From a virus: a stretch of 64,000 bases of DNA. The notes beneath the pieces are model-generated. The model was not told the origin of the DNA. It did not search any database and saw nothing but the letters and a program-made list of their open reading frames with translations. This document shows, in pieces, positions 46,622 through 56,981 of this stretch. The translations under genes and the position numbers were made by a program. Within the stretch, counting starts at the first letter, position 1. Every line of letters starts with the position of its first letter. The stretch is from positions 1 through 64,000 of IMG/VR virus record IMGVR_UViG_3300020385_000008. The stretch is one strand, 5' to 3'.

Positions 46622-48790
46622 TTATGCAATGAGTGAGATGAAATCACTCAACACCTTCTTGTTATTCTTCTTGCTTTTTAGTGACTTACTAAACGCTGAT
46701 TTAATTTTAGCTTTAGTGGCTCCTTCATCCACATCAAATTCAGCAGACTCTTGGACTGTATCAGAATCCACGATGTAGTACTTGTTATATCCAGCATTAG
46801 TTAGAGCAATTGTTTTTTCTTTCTTCCACTTCGCAATTTGTGCATCATCATATCCAACTGCTTGGCGAACGAACCATCCACCACGTTTTTCTAGGATACG
46901 GAATCCAGTGAAGGTAGTTTGGGGGAACTCAAAACGTAAGTCCTCCAGAATTGTTGAGGTGACACCACACAACTTCTCCTTATCAATTTTACGAACAGTC
47001 CCTGTGACTCGGTTGCGAAGGTATCCATTTTGGTGACCCAATCGCCCTACACTTATTTTAGTTTGACCATCATATGACTCGATTTCAGTGGTATACCTAG
47101 TCCAACTAGCTTCACCATCAGTGAGAACCATTACGTGTGCCTTCTCAACATTATTACGTTGCTGGAAATCTGGAAGAATCTTACGTAAAGTGATTAGTGC
47201 TTCATTTAGAGGAGTACCAGAAAGACCCACTCTACTAGGAACAATATTTCCACCCCTAGTCGTATAAGAAGATGCGATCATAAAAATAGTTTCCATTTGG
47301 CGCAGCAACTCCTTACGGTTGACTGTACTAGTAAGAATATTCATCATACTAAACTCATCACCAACAACTAACTCATTAGGAATATCACTGTTCGTATAAT
47401 AGTTTGCATTATCGCGATTCCACTCGTTAGTAAATGCATAGACTTCAAATGGAATATTTACTTTATCGCAGAACATAACGATAGAGAGTAGTTGCTTGAT
47501 AGTATCTTCCAAGATATGACACATAGAACCAGACCAATCTAGAACAAATACCAGACCGTGGTTCTTACCTTCAGGTAGAGTTGTGACCTTCTTAAAGATA
47601 TCTTCGTTGTACTTATATGTGTGAAGTTTAGTGCAATCTAATACACCAGTCCTAGATGTTGAAGAGCGAGAGTAAGCAGAGGCTGACTTCCTACATTCAA
47701 ACTCCTTAACCATATAGTTGACTTCACTTTGGATGTTGCGCTTAAATTCATTGAAATTCTTATCATATCCACCAAATAATGTCTTAATAAAGTAATCAGC
47801 ATTTTCAGGATTCGTATTATAAAAAAATTCACGCTGCCTCTCAAATGAAGAGTTAATATATTCGTGTATTTCTTTGTTAGAAGCAATATACTTAGCTGCA
47901 GAGAATGATGGATAAGTTAGATATAGGGGCTGATTATACGTATTAGTTGTAGCCATATCTTCAAGGTTCTCATTGAAGTTCTCCATTGTACTTACATTAT
48001 CAGTAAGATTACCTGCGGTATCTCCACCACCAATTTCATCGTCACGTGACTCCATACTTTCACCCTGCTCATCACTCTCACCATCCTCCTCCTGGGGGGA
48101 ACCACCCTCACTTGATTCACCTTCACTATCGGATGGTCCCTCTTCTGGCTCTTCACCCTCACCACCATCCTTCCCCTGTGGCTCTTCAGTGCCTTCAGGA
48201 GAAGAACTAGCATCTTCATCACCAGTTTGCTTCTGCTCCTCTTTCTGCTGCTCGTGGAGGGCATAGAGGGCTTCTGCTGCTGCAAGAGCATCATCAAAGG
48301 TGACTGCTGCAGCACATTGGTCCACAACAACCATTTCAGAAGATGTGAAAGGAACTTTAATGAAGTTGCCGATCTTAAAGTGTAGGTTTACGCGGTCAGC
48401 AATGTTCATAGCTGCTACATCTTCATCAGCAATACCAAAGAAGTCTTGGTCATGGAGTTCGTGGTATCCACGGAAGAATGTCTTGGGTAGACCCACATAC
48501 TTCTTCTTCATCAATACTTCAATGCGCACATCTTCCGTGACGTTGACGAAGCCCTGTGGAACTTTAGTCTTCTTTCTCCAATCCTCATTGGGTGTAAAGA
48601 GAGCGTGAGCCACTTCGTGTGCAATAAGGAGGTTGAATACATTATTAGATGCTTTCTCCCATCGTGGGAGAGTGAGTACACGACTCTGGACGTTGAAGCT
48701 AGCTGTGCTTACATTCTTGTGCTCAACCAAGAGGTCTTCTGTTGCGAGCAGACGGGCAAGAGTGCCTTTGACTTCTAGGTTGACTGACAT
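46622..48790 (-). CDS. CobT-like VWA protein with N-terminal HExxH domain
   Basis: AHEVAH, acidic linker, DWSGS MIDAS, GTPL, LTDGE. Confidence 0.8.
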   Translation of the reverse strand: MSVNLEVKGTLARLLATEDLLVEHKNVSTASFNVQSRVLTLPRWEKASNNVFNLLIAHEVAHALFTPNEDWRKKTKVPQGFVNVTEDVRIEVLMKKKYVGLPKTFFRGYHELHDQDFFGIADEDVAAMNIADRVNLHFKIGNFIKVPFTSSEMVVVDQCAAAVTFDDALAAAEALYALHEQQKEEQKQTGDEDASSSPEGTEEPQGKDGGEGEEPEEGPSDSEGESSEGGSPQEEDGESDEQGESMESRDDEIGGGDTAGNLTDNVSTMENFNENLEDMATTNTYNQPLYLTYPSFSAAKYIASNKEIHEYINSSFERQREFFYNTNPENADYFIKTLFGGYDKNFNEFKRNIQSEVNYMVKEFECRKSASAYSRSSTSRTGVLDCTKLHTYKYNEDIFKKVTTLPEGKNHGLVFVLDWSGSMCHILEDTIKQLLSIVMFCDKVNIPFEVYAFTNEWNRDNANYYTNSDIPNELVVGDEFSMMNILTSTVNRKELLRQMETIFMIASSYTTRGGNIVPSRVGLSGTPLNEALITLRKILPDFQQRNNVEKAHVMVLTDGEASWTRYTTEIESYDGQTKISVGRLGHQNGYLRNRVTGTVRKIDKEKLCGVTSTILEDLRFEFPQTTFTGFRILEKRGGWFVRQAVGYDDAQIAKWKKEKTIALTNAGYNKYYIVDSDTVQESAEFDVDEGATKAKIKSAFSKSLKSKKNNKKVLSDFISLIA

Positions 48791-48811
48791 AGCGTATCCG
48801 TTTCAATGAAA

Positions 48812-48858
48812 TTATTATAGGGCATTAAAAAGCCCCTTGGTGGGGCAGTAGACAGTTA
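48812..48858 (-). promoter_or_regulatory. Stem-loop/promoter cassette, third copy
   Basis: AACTGTCTACTGCCCC-loop-GGGGCTTTTT..TATAAT. Confidence 0.7.
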
Positions 48859-49569
48859 CTAAATTGTCTTTTCCATCATAGAAATATGTTCAGCAATTTC
48901 TGTAAAATCATTACCTCCAGCATTACATACCCTATAAGTGCCATATCGACAGCACCAACCAGTGAGTAAGTACTTAACACCACTAGTCAATTCTTCACCT
49001 CTATGTGTCCAAAATTGACTGGAAGGAAATAATAGTAACTTACCAGGTTCAGAAATAATATTTTTACTTACTCCACAATTATAAAATTGAGTTTTTCCAT
49101 TATCCAATTGATCTGACCTATCATTTAGATATAAAATATAAGTGAATATTCTGTTATTGACAAATGCCACTTCATAATCAGTTTCTTTGTGGATGAAACT
49201 GCGTAGAGGAACAACTTCACTAGACGCATCATCATGCCAGTGGTAGTGTCCACCAGGAGTAGTTCTTTGAATCTGATACCCACGATCATGAAACATCATA
49301 GGTTCAGAATAATGAGCATCTTTAATAAGTAAATCCATATAGTTCGTAAAATATGGATTAAATGCTTTGTATAATACATCATCAATGTCATCCCATTTTG
49401 GATCACCAGTGATAAGTAAATCATCGGAAATTTTTGAATTTGTTAAACCAGCACCACTCTTTCCAGGTTTAACTTTTTCATCAGCTTCAAACCTATCAAT
49501 TATCTCATCGCATAACTCCTTACTAACAACATTTGGGTATTCGATAATGTAATCTTCAAATGATCTCAT
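48859..49569 (-). CDS. 2OG-Fe(II) oxygenase
   Basis: WHDD..LYLND..THRG..KY. Confidence 0.82.
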   Translation of the reverse strand: MRSFEDYIIEYPNVVSKELCDEIIDRFEADEKVKPGKSGAGLTNSKISDDLLITGDPKWDDIDDVLYKAFNPYFTNYMDLLIKDAHYSEPMMFHDRGYQIQRTTPGGHYHWHDDASSEVVPLRSFIHKETDYEVAFVNNRIFTYILYLNDRSDQLDNGKTQFYNCGVSKNIISEPGKLLLFPSSQFWTHRGEELTSGVKYLLTGWCCRYGTYRVCNAGGNDFTEIAEHISMMEKTI

Positions 49570-49583
49570 AACAATTTAATATT

Positions 49584-49718
49584 TTAATGTAAGTGAACAA
49601 CACCATTTCCATGAACGTGAGGAACAGAACCATCATATAGGTGTGGCTGTCCGTGGTCAAATCCCCCAGTAGCTAAAGAAAGGATACCAGCAAAGATTGC
49701 AATTTTAATATACTTCAT
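49584..49718 (-). CDS. 44-aa His-rich peptide with signal-like N-terminus
   Basis: Translated by hand, MKYIKIAIFAGILSLATGGFDHGQPHLYDGSVPHVHGNGVVHLH. Confidence 0.6.
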   Translation of the reverse strand: MKYIKIAIFAGILSLATGGFDHGQPHLYDGSVPHVHGNGVVHLH

Positions 49719-49733
49719 AAGGGAATAGTCAAT

Positions 49734-51449
49734 CTATTTTTTATTTAGTTTTGAAAATCCCCTCTCTTTTTCAAACTTAAGAACAGAATCAAAGCGTTCG
49801 TATAGCTCTGTCTTATGGCTGATGATAAAAATATTAGCATCTTTAACAACGTAACGGATGATCTTAAGGAACTCTTCTGTACCAAATCCATCAAGTGAGC
49901 TGTCGAATACCTCATCCATAATAAGGAGATTTGTATTAATGGAATTGCGGACTCTAGCAACTTCTCTCCAAGTGAATAGAAGTGAAAGGTCAATACGCAT
50001 TTTCTCACCCTCGGAAAATGAAGCGTATGAGAAACGTTCGTGGATAGGTGATACAACAGTTTCGTTGAACTCCTCATCTAGATTGAAGTTAATGTAGAAC
50101 TCCATCATCTGAAGGTACTTATTGACGTGCTTGTTAATAAGTGGGATATACTTCTTAATGATACTGGTCTTAACTCCACCATCCTTAAGTAGCTCATTCA
50201 CAAACTGATGCTTCTCCATCTCAACTTTCAAATTAGATATCTCATCAACGCTACTCTTCAGATTTTTAATAATGGAGTTTAAGTTCTCTTTAGATTCAGC
50301 TTGATTATCAATAGACTCCCTAATTGTTGATATTTCAGAATGTAAGTTAGTAATAGTCTTATTGATATTAGAAATATCAGAATTACTTGAAGCCAATTTT
50401 TTGTTAAGCTCCAAAACTTCAGCAGATATATCATTAAAATTAGACTCTCTATTTTCTTCTTTTTCAATAGCAGCTTCTAATTCTTGATATCCACCTTTTA
50501 ATTTTTTAGCATCTACACCAAGCTCAGTTAGTTTAGTTTGGCGTAGATTCTCATCAATATCCTGGGTACAAGTGGGGCAAGTTTTATTATCATTAAAGAA
50601 CTTATGGTTTTTGGACAGGGTGGTAATCTTTTGCTGAATTTTACCTTTAAGCCCACCAAGCTCACGAAGCTTATCTCCAGCTCCCTTTAGCTCTTCTAAC
50701 TCGGCATTAAGATGATCAATCTTACCTAGAACATCAATATTAGCTTCCTGTAGTTGTTGCTGATCAAGTAAATGCCGCTTAACAGACTCATTCTTTTTAT
50801 TGATATTTGCCTCACCACTTTTTGTGATATCATCAATGAACTTGGCTTGCATTTGACCTTTCTCTTTAAGAGAAGACTTCTTCAACTCAAGAATCTTTAA
50901 TTGATCGCGGACAGTACGAACACGGTCCTTGACAATAGATGACATTGAGCTAAAGACACGGATGTCTAGAAGATCTTCAATAACCTCACGACGGTGAGCA
51001 GCAGATAGCTGCATAAAAGGAACAAAAGTAGAACTACCAAGGATAACAATTTGGGTAAAGGACTTATAATTAACTTTAAGAATGTTCTCTTCTAGTGTGA
51101 CTTGATTATCTCGGTCATCACCCCTTTTTTCAAGAAGCTTTCCATCAACTTCAATATCAAATACGTTGGGCTTAATACCACGTCTAACTAAATACTGGCG
51201 GTTGTTGTTATTAAACTCAATCTCTACAAGACAATTTTTTTCAGTTACACTATTTACCAACTGGGGTTTGTTAATCTTACGAAATGGCTTGTTAAACAAT
51301 ACAAAAGTCAAAGCATCCAGGATGGTTGACTTACCAGAGCCATTGCTACCGATAATTAGATTTGTATTATTTGCTAGAAAATCAATCTCAGTGAATGAAT
51401 CCCCAGAGGAGAGAAAGTTCTTATAGCGAAGCTTTTGGAAAACTAACAC
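49734..51449 (-). CDS. gp46: Recombination ATPase (gp46, Rad50-like)
   Basis: GSNGSGKS, CPTC hook, FSEGE, MDE. Confidence 0.96.
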   Translation of the reverse strand: MLVFQKLRYKNFLSSGDSFTEIDFLANNTNLIIGSNGSGKSTILDALTFVLFNKPFRKINKPQLVNSVTEKNCLVEIEFNNNNRQYLVRRGIKPNVFDIEVDGKLLEKRGDDRDNQVTLEENILKVNYKSFTQIVILGSSTFVPFMQLSAAHRREVIEDLLDIRVFSSMSSIVKDRVRTVRDQLKILELKKSSLKEKGQMQAKFIDDITKSGEANINKKNESVKRHLLDQQQLQEANIDVLGKIDHLNAELEELKGAGDKLRELGGLKGKIQQKITTLSKNHKFFNDNKTCPTCTQDIDENLRQTKLTELGVDAKKLKGGYQELEAAIEKEENRESNFNDISAEVLELNKKLASSNSDISNINKTITNLHSEISTIRESIDNQAESKENLNSIIKNLKSSVDEISNLKVEMEKHQFVNELLKDGGVKTSIIKKYIPLINKHVNKYLQMMEFYINFNLDEEFNETVVSPIHERFSYASFSEGEKMRIDLSLLFTWREVARVRNSINTNLLIMDEVFDSSLDGFGTEEFLKIIRYVVKDANIFIISHKTELYERFDSVLKFEKERGFSKLNKK

Positions 51450-51486
51450 AGGATACTAACATTATTAGCTCCATTATAGCACAGAT

Positions 51487-51792
51487 TTATTGATCTGTTG
51501 GAGGAGGAATAAAAAGTTCGTCTATCTTTACCAATATGTACCTACGATCTTTAACTTTTAATATTTCAAGAACATTGTTAAAGTTGACTTCAGAAACAAC
51601 CATCTTCAGCGTATCTCCTACTAGATACTCTTCATCCCGCTCCAACATTTGGACATATCTTTCAGCATCATCCTCATTCTCAAATATTAAAATTTCTGGT
51701 TCTACACCTTCATCCCTTAAAGAATAAATGTGAGTCTCTCCTTCAGAGTTTTTTATTGTTAGTAAGTAACATTGCTGATCGTCTGGTTTCAT
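51487..51792 (-). CDS. Hypothetical protein
   Basis: FENEDDAERY motif. Confidence 0.6.
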   Translation of the reverse strand: MKPDDQQCYLLTIKNSEGETHIYSLRDEGVEPEILIFENEDDAERYVQMLERDEEYLVGDTLKMVVSEVNFNNVLEILKVKDRRYILVKIDELFIPPPTDQ

Positions 51793-52844
51793 ACTTCACA
51801 GGCTTCCATATAAATTTCAGATAATAGTGATTTAATAGAATTCTTATCCAGTGAGCTCTCATCAAAGTCAGCTTCATCAACATAACGGTTTAAGATTGAT
51901 AAGGTATTCTCTTCAGCATCACTAGCATCAAAGTCCTCTGTTTCTTGTACGTTGAAGTTCTCAACGACCTTCATATCAATCAGACCAACGTTGAATAGCT
52001 TGTCTAGGAACTTATCAAAGTCTTTCTGTTTGGTCTTCTTACGAACAACAACCTTAACAATCTTACCCCGGTATGCGGTAGCATTGAATAATTGATGCTT
52101 TGTATCTTCATAATATACGATTGAGAATAGTGTGTTTGGATTGTTTACATACTCAATCTCACCTGTCTCGGTATCAAATAGAACAAAACCACGAGTATCA
52201 TTAACATCATTCCAATACATCTCATAGGGATTACCCATATAAAAGATCTTACCGTCATCAGAACGTGTATGGAAGTGACCTGATAAAACTTTTTCAAACT
52301 TACTAAACTCAGAAGGCTTTACTAGCCCCTTATCATCCTCAAACTTATGACCGCGATATGCCTCAAAACCACCGAGTTCTAGATGACCCATAGCATACTT
52401 TGCTTCACTATTGGTAATCATTTCCTTGGTTCTAGTAAGATTCTCGTCACATATCCAAGGCAACATTAGAATCTTTTCGCCATCTACTGTAATTTCAGTG
52501 GGATCTGAGTAGGTTTTTACATTCCCATAATCTTGTAGAAGAAGATCAGGGGAGTTGGTCCTATTCGTTGACTTGAAATAACAGTCGTGGTTTCCTACAA
52601 CCATATGAACGTCAAAGTCTTTCATTGGATCAAAGACTACACGCTTGGTCCACTGTAAGGAATTGTATTCAATAGATTTTCTACTATCAAAAGCATCACC
52701 CAAGTGAAGGATAGTCTTTACACCACGAGCTTTTAGTGTAGGGAAGAATACTTCTGAGTAGAACTTCTCAAAATGGGCGTGTAGATAGTCAGCACCTTTA
52801 CGTGCCCCAAAATGTGTATCCGTAATAATAGCAACTAAACTCAT
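51789..52844 (-). CDS. gp47: Recombination endonuclease (gp47, Mre11-like)
   Basis: TDTHFG, LGD, GNHD, SGHFH. Confidence 0.96.
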   Translation of the reverse strand: MSLVAIITDTHFGARKGADYLHAHFEKFYSEVFFPTLKARGVKTILHLGDAFDSRKSIEYNSLQWTKRVVFDPMKDFDVHMVVGNHDCYFKSTNRTNSPDLLLQDYGNVKTYSDPTEITVDGEKILMLPWICDENLTRTKEMITNSEAKYAMGHLELGGFEAYRGHKFEDDKGLVKPSEFSKFEKVLSGHFHTRSDDGKIFYMGNPYEMYWNDVNDTRGFVLFDTETGEIEYVNNPNTLFSIVYYEDTKHQLFNATAYRGKIVKVVVRKKTKQKDFDKFLDKLFNVGLIDMKVVENFNVQETEDFDASDAEENTLSILNRYVDEADFDESSLDKNSIKSLLSEIYMEACEV

Positions 52845-53317
52845 GAGTTAAGCTTGGTAATGATGTTTTCTTTGATTGCGTTGTAATCGTTACGATATTC
52901 GTTGGTTAGATTAGCATCAGAAGTCATTAGGGCTTCAAATCCACTCTTCTCTACAATCTTAGTTTTAATATCAAGCTGTCTCTTCTCTCTCTGAATACGG
53001 CGTAGGAATGCAAAGTAACTAATTTGAGTGAAGTATGCGAATGGGTTCTTTGACTTAGCTGGGTCAAAGTTATGAATGTACTGTACGCAGTTCTCAATAC
53101 CATCGGAGATCATATCCTCGCGGTACATATAGTTTACGAAGTTGGACTTATAGCTGAGATGGGTAGCAATCTTGAGAAAGCAAGATCCAATGTAATTGGT
53201 AATTCGTGGTTTGGGAAGATCTTTAGCAGCAGCTTCAGCTACGCTCTCTCGGTACTCAATGAGAGCATCAAGAAAGTCTCTATTATTAACGTAATGTTCT
53301 GTTTTCGCTTTAGGCAT
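52841..53317 (-). CDS. gp55: Late-transcription sigma factor (gp55)
   Basis: HYVNN, MISDGIENC, NPFAYFTQ. Confidence 0.95.
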   Translation of the reverse strand: MPKAKTEHYVNNRDFLDALIEYRESVAEAAAKDLPKPRITNYIGSCFLKIATHLSYKSNFVNYMYREDMISDGIENCVQYIHNFDPAKSKNPFAYFTQISYFAFLRRIQREKRQLDIKTKIVEKSGFEALMTSDANLTNEYRNDYNAIKENIITKLNS

Positions 53318-53375
53318 AGCACTTCTACTGCTTTAGGTACATTATAGCACAGAATACATGTAATTGCTTAAAGAC

Positions 53376-53439
53376 TTGACAAGGGTCTCAAAATGGAGTA
53401 CAATCAGCCTTGTCGGGGGTGATAAGTCACTTTAAGTAC
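53376..53439 (+). repeat. Copy B of 64-bp sigma70 promoter plus conserved leader, antisense to the genes
   Basis: TTGACA-17-TACAAT-CAGCCTTGTCGGGGGTGATAAGTCACTTTAAGTAC. Confidence 0.8.
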
Positions 53440-53449
53440 TTAAGAGTCT

Positions 53450-53863
53450 TTAAGGTTTTTCATATGAATCTATATCTTTATAGAGTTTTTCTAGAGTAGT
53501 CTTAACTTCATTTACATTACCAACGTAACCAATTTTAGAACTAGAGTTACTATATCTTTCTGGTTTAGAATATAATTTAAGTTTTCTTTTAAAGAATGTT
53601 GAATAATCATTTAATATATCAACATCACTAATTTTATATACCGTTAGTATTTTAGTAATATCTATAACGTGTAATGTATCATTTTTAATGCATAACCAAG
53701 GTTCTAATGCATATTTTTTAGGTTTTCTTCTATCCCGTAACACAACTCTTACTGGATCCTTAAAAGAAAGAACAGTGTATCCACTGTCATCTTCTAATTT
53801 TACTAGTGTGCATACAATTTCTTCACCAGATACTAACTTAATAGCTGCTATTTTGTCGCCCAT
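53450..53863 (-). CDS. Sm-like hypothetical protein
   Basis: IKLVSGEEIV..EPW; very AT-rich. Confidence 0.7.
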   Translation of the reverse strand: MGDKIAAIKLVSGEEIVCTLVKLEDDSGYTVLSFKDPVRVVLRDRRKPKKYALEPWLCIKNDTLHVIDITKILTVYKISDVDILNDYSTFFKRKLKLYSKPERYSNSSSKIGYVGNVNEVKTTLEKLYKDIDSYEKP

Positions 53864-53868
53864 TGGGT

Positions 53869-55329
53869 TTACCTTAGATTAATGTTTATTATGTCATAAT
53901 TGAATTTTTCTTCATTATATGTCTTAATACGCTCAATCAAATGATTAAGTGTGTAATTTTTATTACTATTTTTCGTTGTATCGTCAGCTATATCATATAG
54001 CATAGCTTTTGATTTGTTAGACCCTTTCCTAAGTACACGACCTATACTTTGTAAATTTCTGATACGTGATTTTGACGGGGAAGCAAATATAACATTATGT
54101 AGATTTTTTATGTTAATTCCAGTACTGAATACACCATAGGAAGCGATAATAATCGCATTATCTTCCCTTTCTGTGATTTCGCGTACTTGTTCTCTTTCTT
54201 CTACATCAACGCCGCCATGTACAAAGAATACGTGGCGCCCCTCTTCCTTCTTACTATTTATAAGATCATTAAGTATTTTTCCGTGATTTTCTACTCTTGT
54301 AAACAAAACCAACGTATTTCCTGTAATGCCCAATGCTAGATTGCTGATAAATTTGTTTCTTTTCTCGTGACTAATGAGATATTGAATCTCATCCTCATAC
54401 TTATTAAACTTTTGCTCATCATGTTTTAATAATAAAACTTTAATATCAAGTTTAGCTACGTGACCAGCTTCCATTAGCTCCTTTGTTCTAATGGTGTTAT
54501 ATGCTGGACCAAATAGTCCTTCCAGTACAAGCTTATTTGTTTGGGTGCCATCAAGAGTACCTGTGAAACCAAAACGATACTTTGCGTCACATAGCTTAGT
54601 CATAATGCTGACTAGACTTTTTGATTTAAAGTTATGTGCTTCATCACCAATAACCACATTAAACTTTTGAAAAAATGGTTTAGGTAATTTGTAGACAGAC
54701 TGCCAAGTAGTAATAGTAACTTGCTTATCACTATGTAACTCCTTACCACCATAAATTTTATGACAGTAAGAACCTACGTCAAATCCATAATCCTCAAAAT
54801 CTTTATACATCTGTTCTACAAGAGATGTAGTAGGGACTACAATAAGAATGTTCTCATTGCGTTGAGCATAGTATGCCACTAGGGCATAGATCATTAGAGA
54901 TTTACCAGACGCAGTTGGAGAAACGATAAGTTTCCTATTTGATTTGAGAGCGGTATAGATCCCGTGGAGCTGATAATCTCTGGGCTTATATGAAGTAATG
55001 GATTTAACCCAATCAGTAACACCCATAGGTGAGATCTCTTCATTTTCTTCATAGGGTAAGCCATAAAACTTATTGTCCCTGAATTCATATGTGTAACCAT
55101 ACTGATCACAAAAAGCAATAACACGATCTAGCAACCCAACATAGATCTGTTTAGTTTGAGGAGAAAATAAATTAATCGTTCCATCCCAATGTCTTTTGCG
55201 GAATGATGGATGAAACTTTGCCCCTGGAACTTCAAATGAGAAAGCGTCACGCAGCTCATATTGAATATGTGGTTCACAATCAATTTGAAGAAACACCTCG
55301 TTCTTCTTGCTGATAATCAAGTCGGTCAT
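53869..55329 (-). CDS. uvsW: RNA-DNA/DNA helicase
   Basis: PTASGKS, DEAH, TGT, QSIGR. Confidence 0.95.
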   Translation of the reverse strand: MTDLIISKKNEVFLQIDCEPHIQYELRDAFSFEVPGAKFHPSFRKRHWDGTINLFSPQTKQIYVGLLDRVIAFCDQYGYTYEFRDNKFYGLPYEENEEISPMGVTDWVKSITSYKPRDYQLHGIYTALKSNRKLIVSPTASGKSLMIYALVAYYAQRNENILIVVPTTSLVEQMYKDFEDYGFDVGSYCHKIYGGKELHSDKQVTITTWQSVYKLPKPFFQKFNVVIGDEAHNFKSKSLVSIMTKLCDAKYRFGFTGTLDGTQTNKLVLEGLFGPAYNTIRTKELMEAGHVAKLDIKVLLLKHDEQKFNKYEDEIQYLISHEKRNKFISNLALGITGNTLVLFTRVENHGKILNDLINSKKEEGRHVFFVHGGVDVEEREQVREITEREDNAIIIASYGVFSTGINIKNLHNVIFASPSKSRIRNLQSIGRVLRKGSNKSKAMLYDIADDTTKNSNKNYTLNHLIERIKTYNEEKFNYDIININLR

Positions 55330-55374
55330 TAGAAAAACATCAGCTAAACTTATTTAGTCGCTGTTCATATAAGG

Positions 55375-55566
55375 TTAAAAATTGTGAAAGGTGTAGTCAA
55401 GCATCATTGCATAGAGAGAATCTCTAACCTTCCATAGCTGCTCTTGCTCCTCTGGGGGTCTTGCTGGGGATCCTTCCCAATACTTAATACGATACTCAAT
55501 GCATTGATGCATGAGCCTAATGTCTTCAATCGTAAGATCTACTGTATAGTCTGGTATATTATCCAT
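55375..55566 (-). CDS. Hypothetical protein
   Basis: W.GSPARP..EQE motif. Confidence 0.6.
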   Translation of the reverse strand: MDNIPDYTVDLTIEDIRLMHQCIEYRIKYWEGSPARPPEEQEQLWKVRDSLYAMMLDYTFHNF

Positions 55567-55870
55567 TATTATAAGATCCTGTTAGATAATCGAATTGAAT
55601 CCACCATTCTCGTTCATATGAGTTGTAATTATCATCCTGCCATTTAGGATCACTTTCGTCTAGATTTTTCTTCCACACTTTCACTGGGTTTTCTGGATCC
55701 GTCGTATCTGTTACCCAGTATCCATTATGAATAAATAAAAATAAATAAAAATAGAAGGTCCAAAAGCCCCCTAAAAACATAAGCCACTTTACAAAAATTT
55801 TATCTATTAGTGTGTAATCTTTTACGTCTTTATGTCTGAAGTCATTTCTGAACTTATTGAAGTAATCCAT
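55559..55870 (-). CDS. Hypothetical membrane protein
   Basis: One hydrophobic segment. Confidence 0.55.
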   Translation of the reverse strand: MDYFNKFRNDFRHKDVKDYTLIDKIFVKWLMFLGGFWTFYFYLFLFIHNGYWVTDTTDPENPVKVWKKNLDESDPKWQDDNYNSYEREWWIQFDYLTGSYNNG

Positions 55871-56304
55871 TAGAAACCCATCCCTGATTGAAATTTTAGA
55901 AAGTCGATACTATTTTTAACTTGATATCCTCTATTATGAATCATTTTTAGAATATCTTCCAAGAAAGAAATCATCACATCATAGTAATCCATTTTAAGCT
56001 TGATTTTTGCTAGCTTATCATCGGCATTCAAATGCATAGACATTGATTCCTTATCCCTTATTTTGTATGGAAAAGGTTCTTCAACATACACTTCTGCTGG
56101 CGCCTTACCACTGTAGTAGTTGTACCTCTCTAACCTAGTTTTTGCTAGGGTGTCATTACATTTAGTTCTTAATAATTTAATTGTAGTATACAGTGTGTAA
56201 TACTTTTGGTGTAGCTGTGGTATTTTTAGAGATTCGTCATGAAGATTATCTATATCAATCTTAGAATCTGCTTCCCACATTTCTTGGATTTTTTCTAAAT
56301 TCAT
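55870..56304 (-). CDS. uvsY: Recombination mediator
   Basis: DSKID..LH.KY..YYSGK..RGYQVKN; synteny. Confidence 0.9.
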   Translation of the reverse strand: MNLEKIQEMWEADSKIDIDNLHDESLKIPQLHQKYYTLYTTIKLLRTKCNDTLAKTRLERYNYYSGKAPAEVYVEEPFPYKIRDKESMSMHLNADDKLAKIKLKMDYYDVMISFLEDILKMIHNRGYQVKNSIDFLKFQSGMGF

Positions 56305-56885
56305 TAAAACCTTGGAGAATCAACATAATCAGGTGACAAAACTTTACCATTTTTGCCTAATATTTGCATATATGTAAATGCAAATGTAGCATTGGCGGTA
56401 AAGTAATTAACATCAGTATCTGTGGCAGTAAAGTCCATAGAAGATAATGAGGTTGGAAATATGTCCCAAAATTTAATTTGGGCAATTACATTGTAATTGC
56501 TATTGAGTATTTGGAGTGATGCATCACTATACTGCAACTCCATATCCCTACCCCCATCTCTACCGGTAGTGATGTCTAAAAACTGCTCACAAGATTCTGG
56601 GAAACCTAAACCAGTAATCCAATTATGTATTAAAGTGTAATTTATCATATCCTCATCAATGAGGAACTGTATAGGTAACTCACCATACTCAACTCTATCT
56701 CCTGGTTGAGCTAATGCCTTTAAGTAATTTGATTGATTCGCAATACCTAAGCTAATTTGAGGCAATGCAGCAGTATTCGCAAAGAAACTTACTTTGGGAA
56801 ACCTAGCAATAGAAAAATCAAATCCAAGAGGACTCATGTAATTTCTATTCTCTAGCTGCTTATAATAAATGTCAGACACAGGCAA
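56304..56885 (-). CDS. gp3: Tail completion protein (gp3)
   Basis: F.IDED..NY..IHNW..FP.SLS; follows gp23. Confidence 0.8.
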   Translation of the reverse strand: MPVSDIYYKQLENRNYMSPLGFDFSIARFPKVSFFANTAALPQISLGIANQSNYLKALAQPGDRVEYGELPIQFLIDEDMINYTLIHNWITGLGFPESCEQFLDITTGRDGGRDMELQYSDASLQILNSNYNVIAQIKFWDIFPTSLSSMDFTATDTDVNYFTANATFAFTYMQILGKNGKVLSPDYVDSPRF

Positions 56886-56916
56886 ATGATATAATAGACC
56901 GTGTACTATTTAGAGG

Positions 56917-56948
56917 CATAAAAAAGGAGCCCCTTTCGGAGCCCCCTT
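56917..56948 (-). terminator. gp23 terminator followed by TAAATA late box
   Basis: GGGGCTCC-GAAA-GGGGCTCC-TTTTT. Confidence 0.8.
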
Positions 56949-56981
56949 ATTACTGTGAAGATTAACTCGTCGGAGTTCAAA

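Noticed and set aside
43113-48790. Cobalamin biosynthesis from cobS/cobT
   Set aside because: No cobN in the window; better read as a MoxR-type AAA+/VWA chaperone pair
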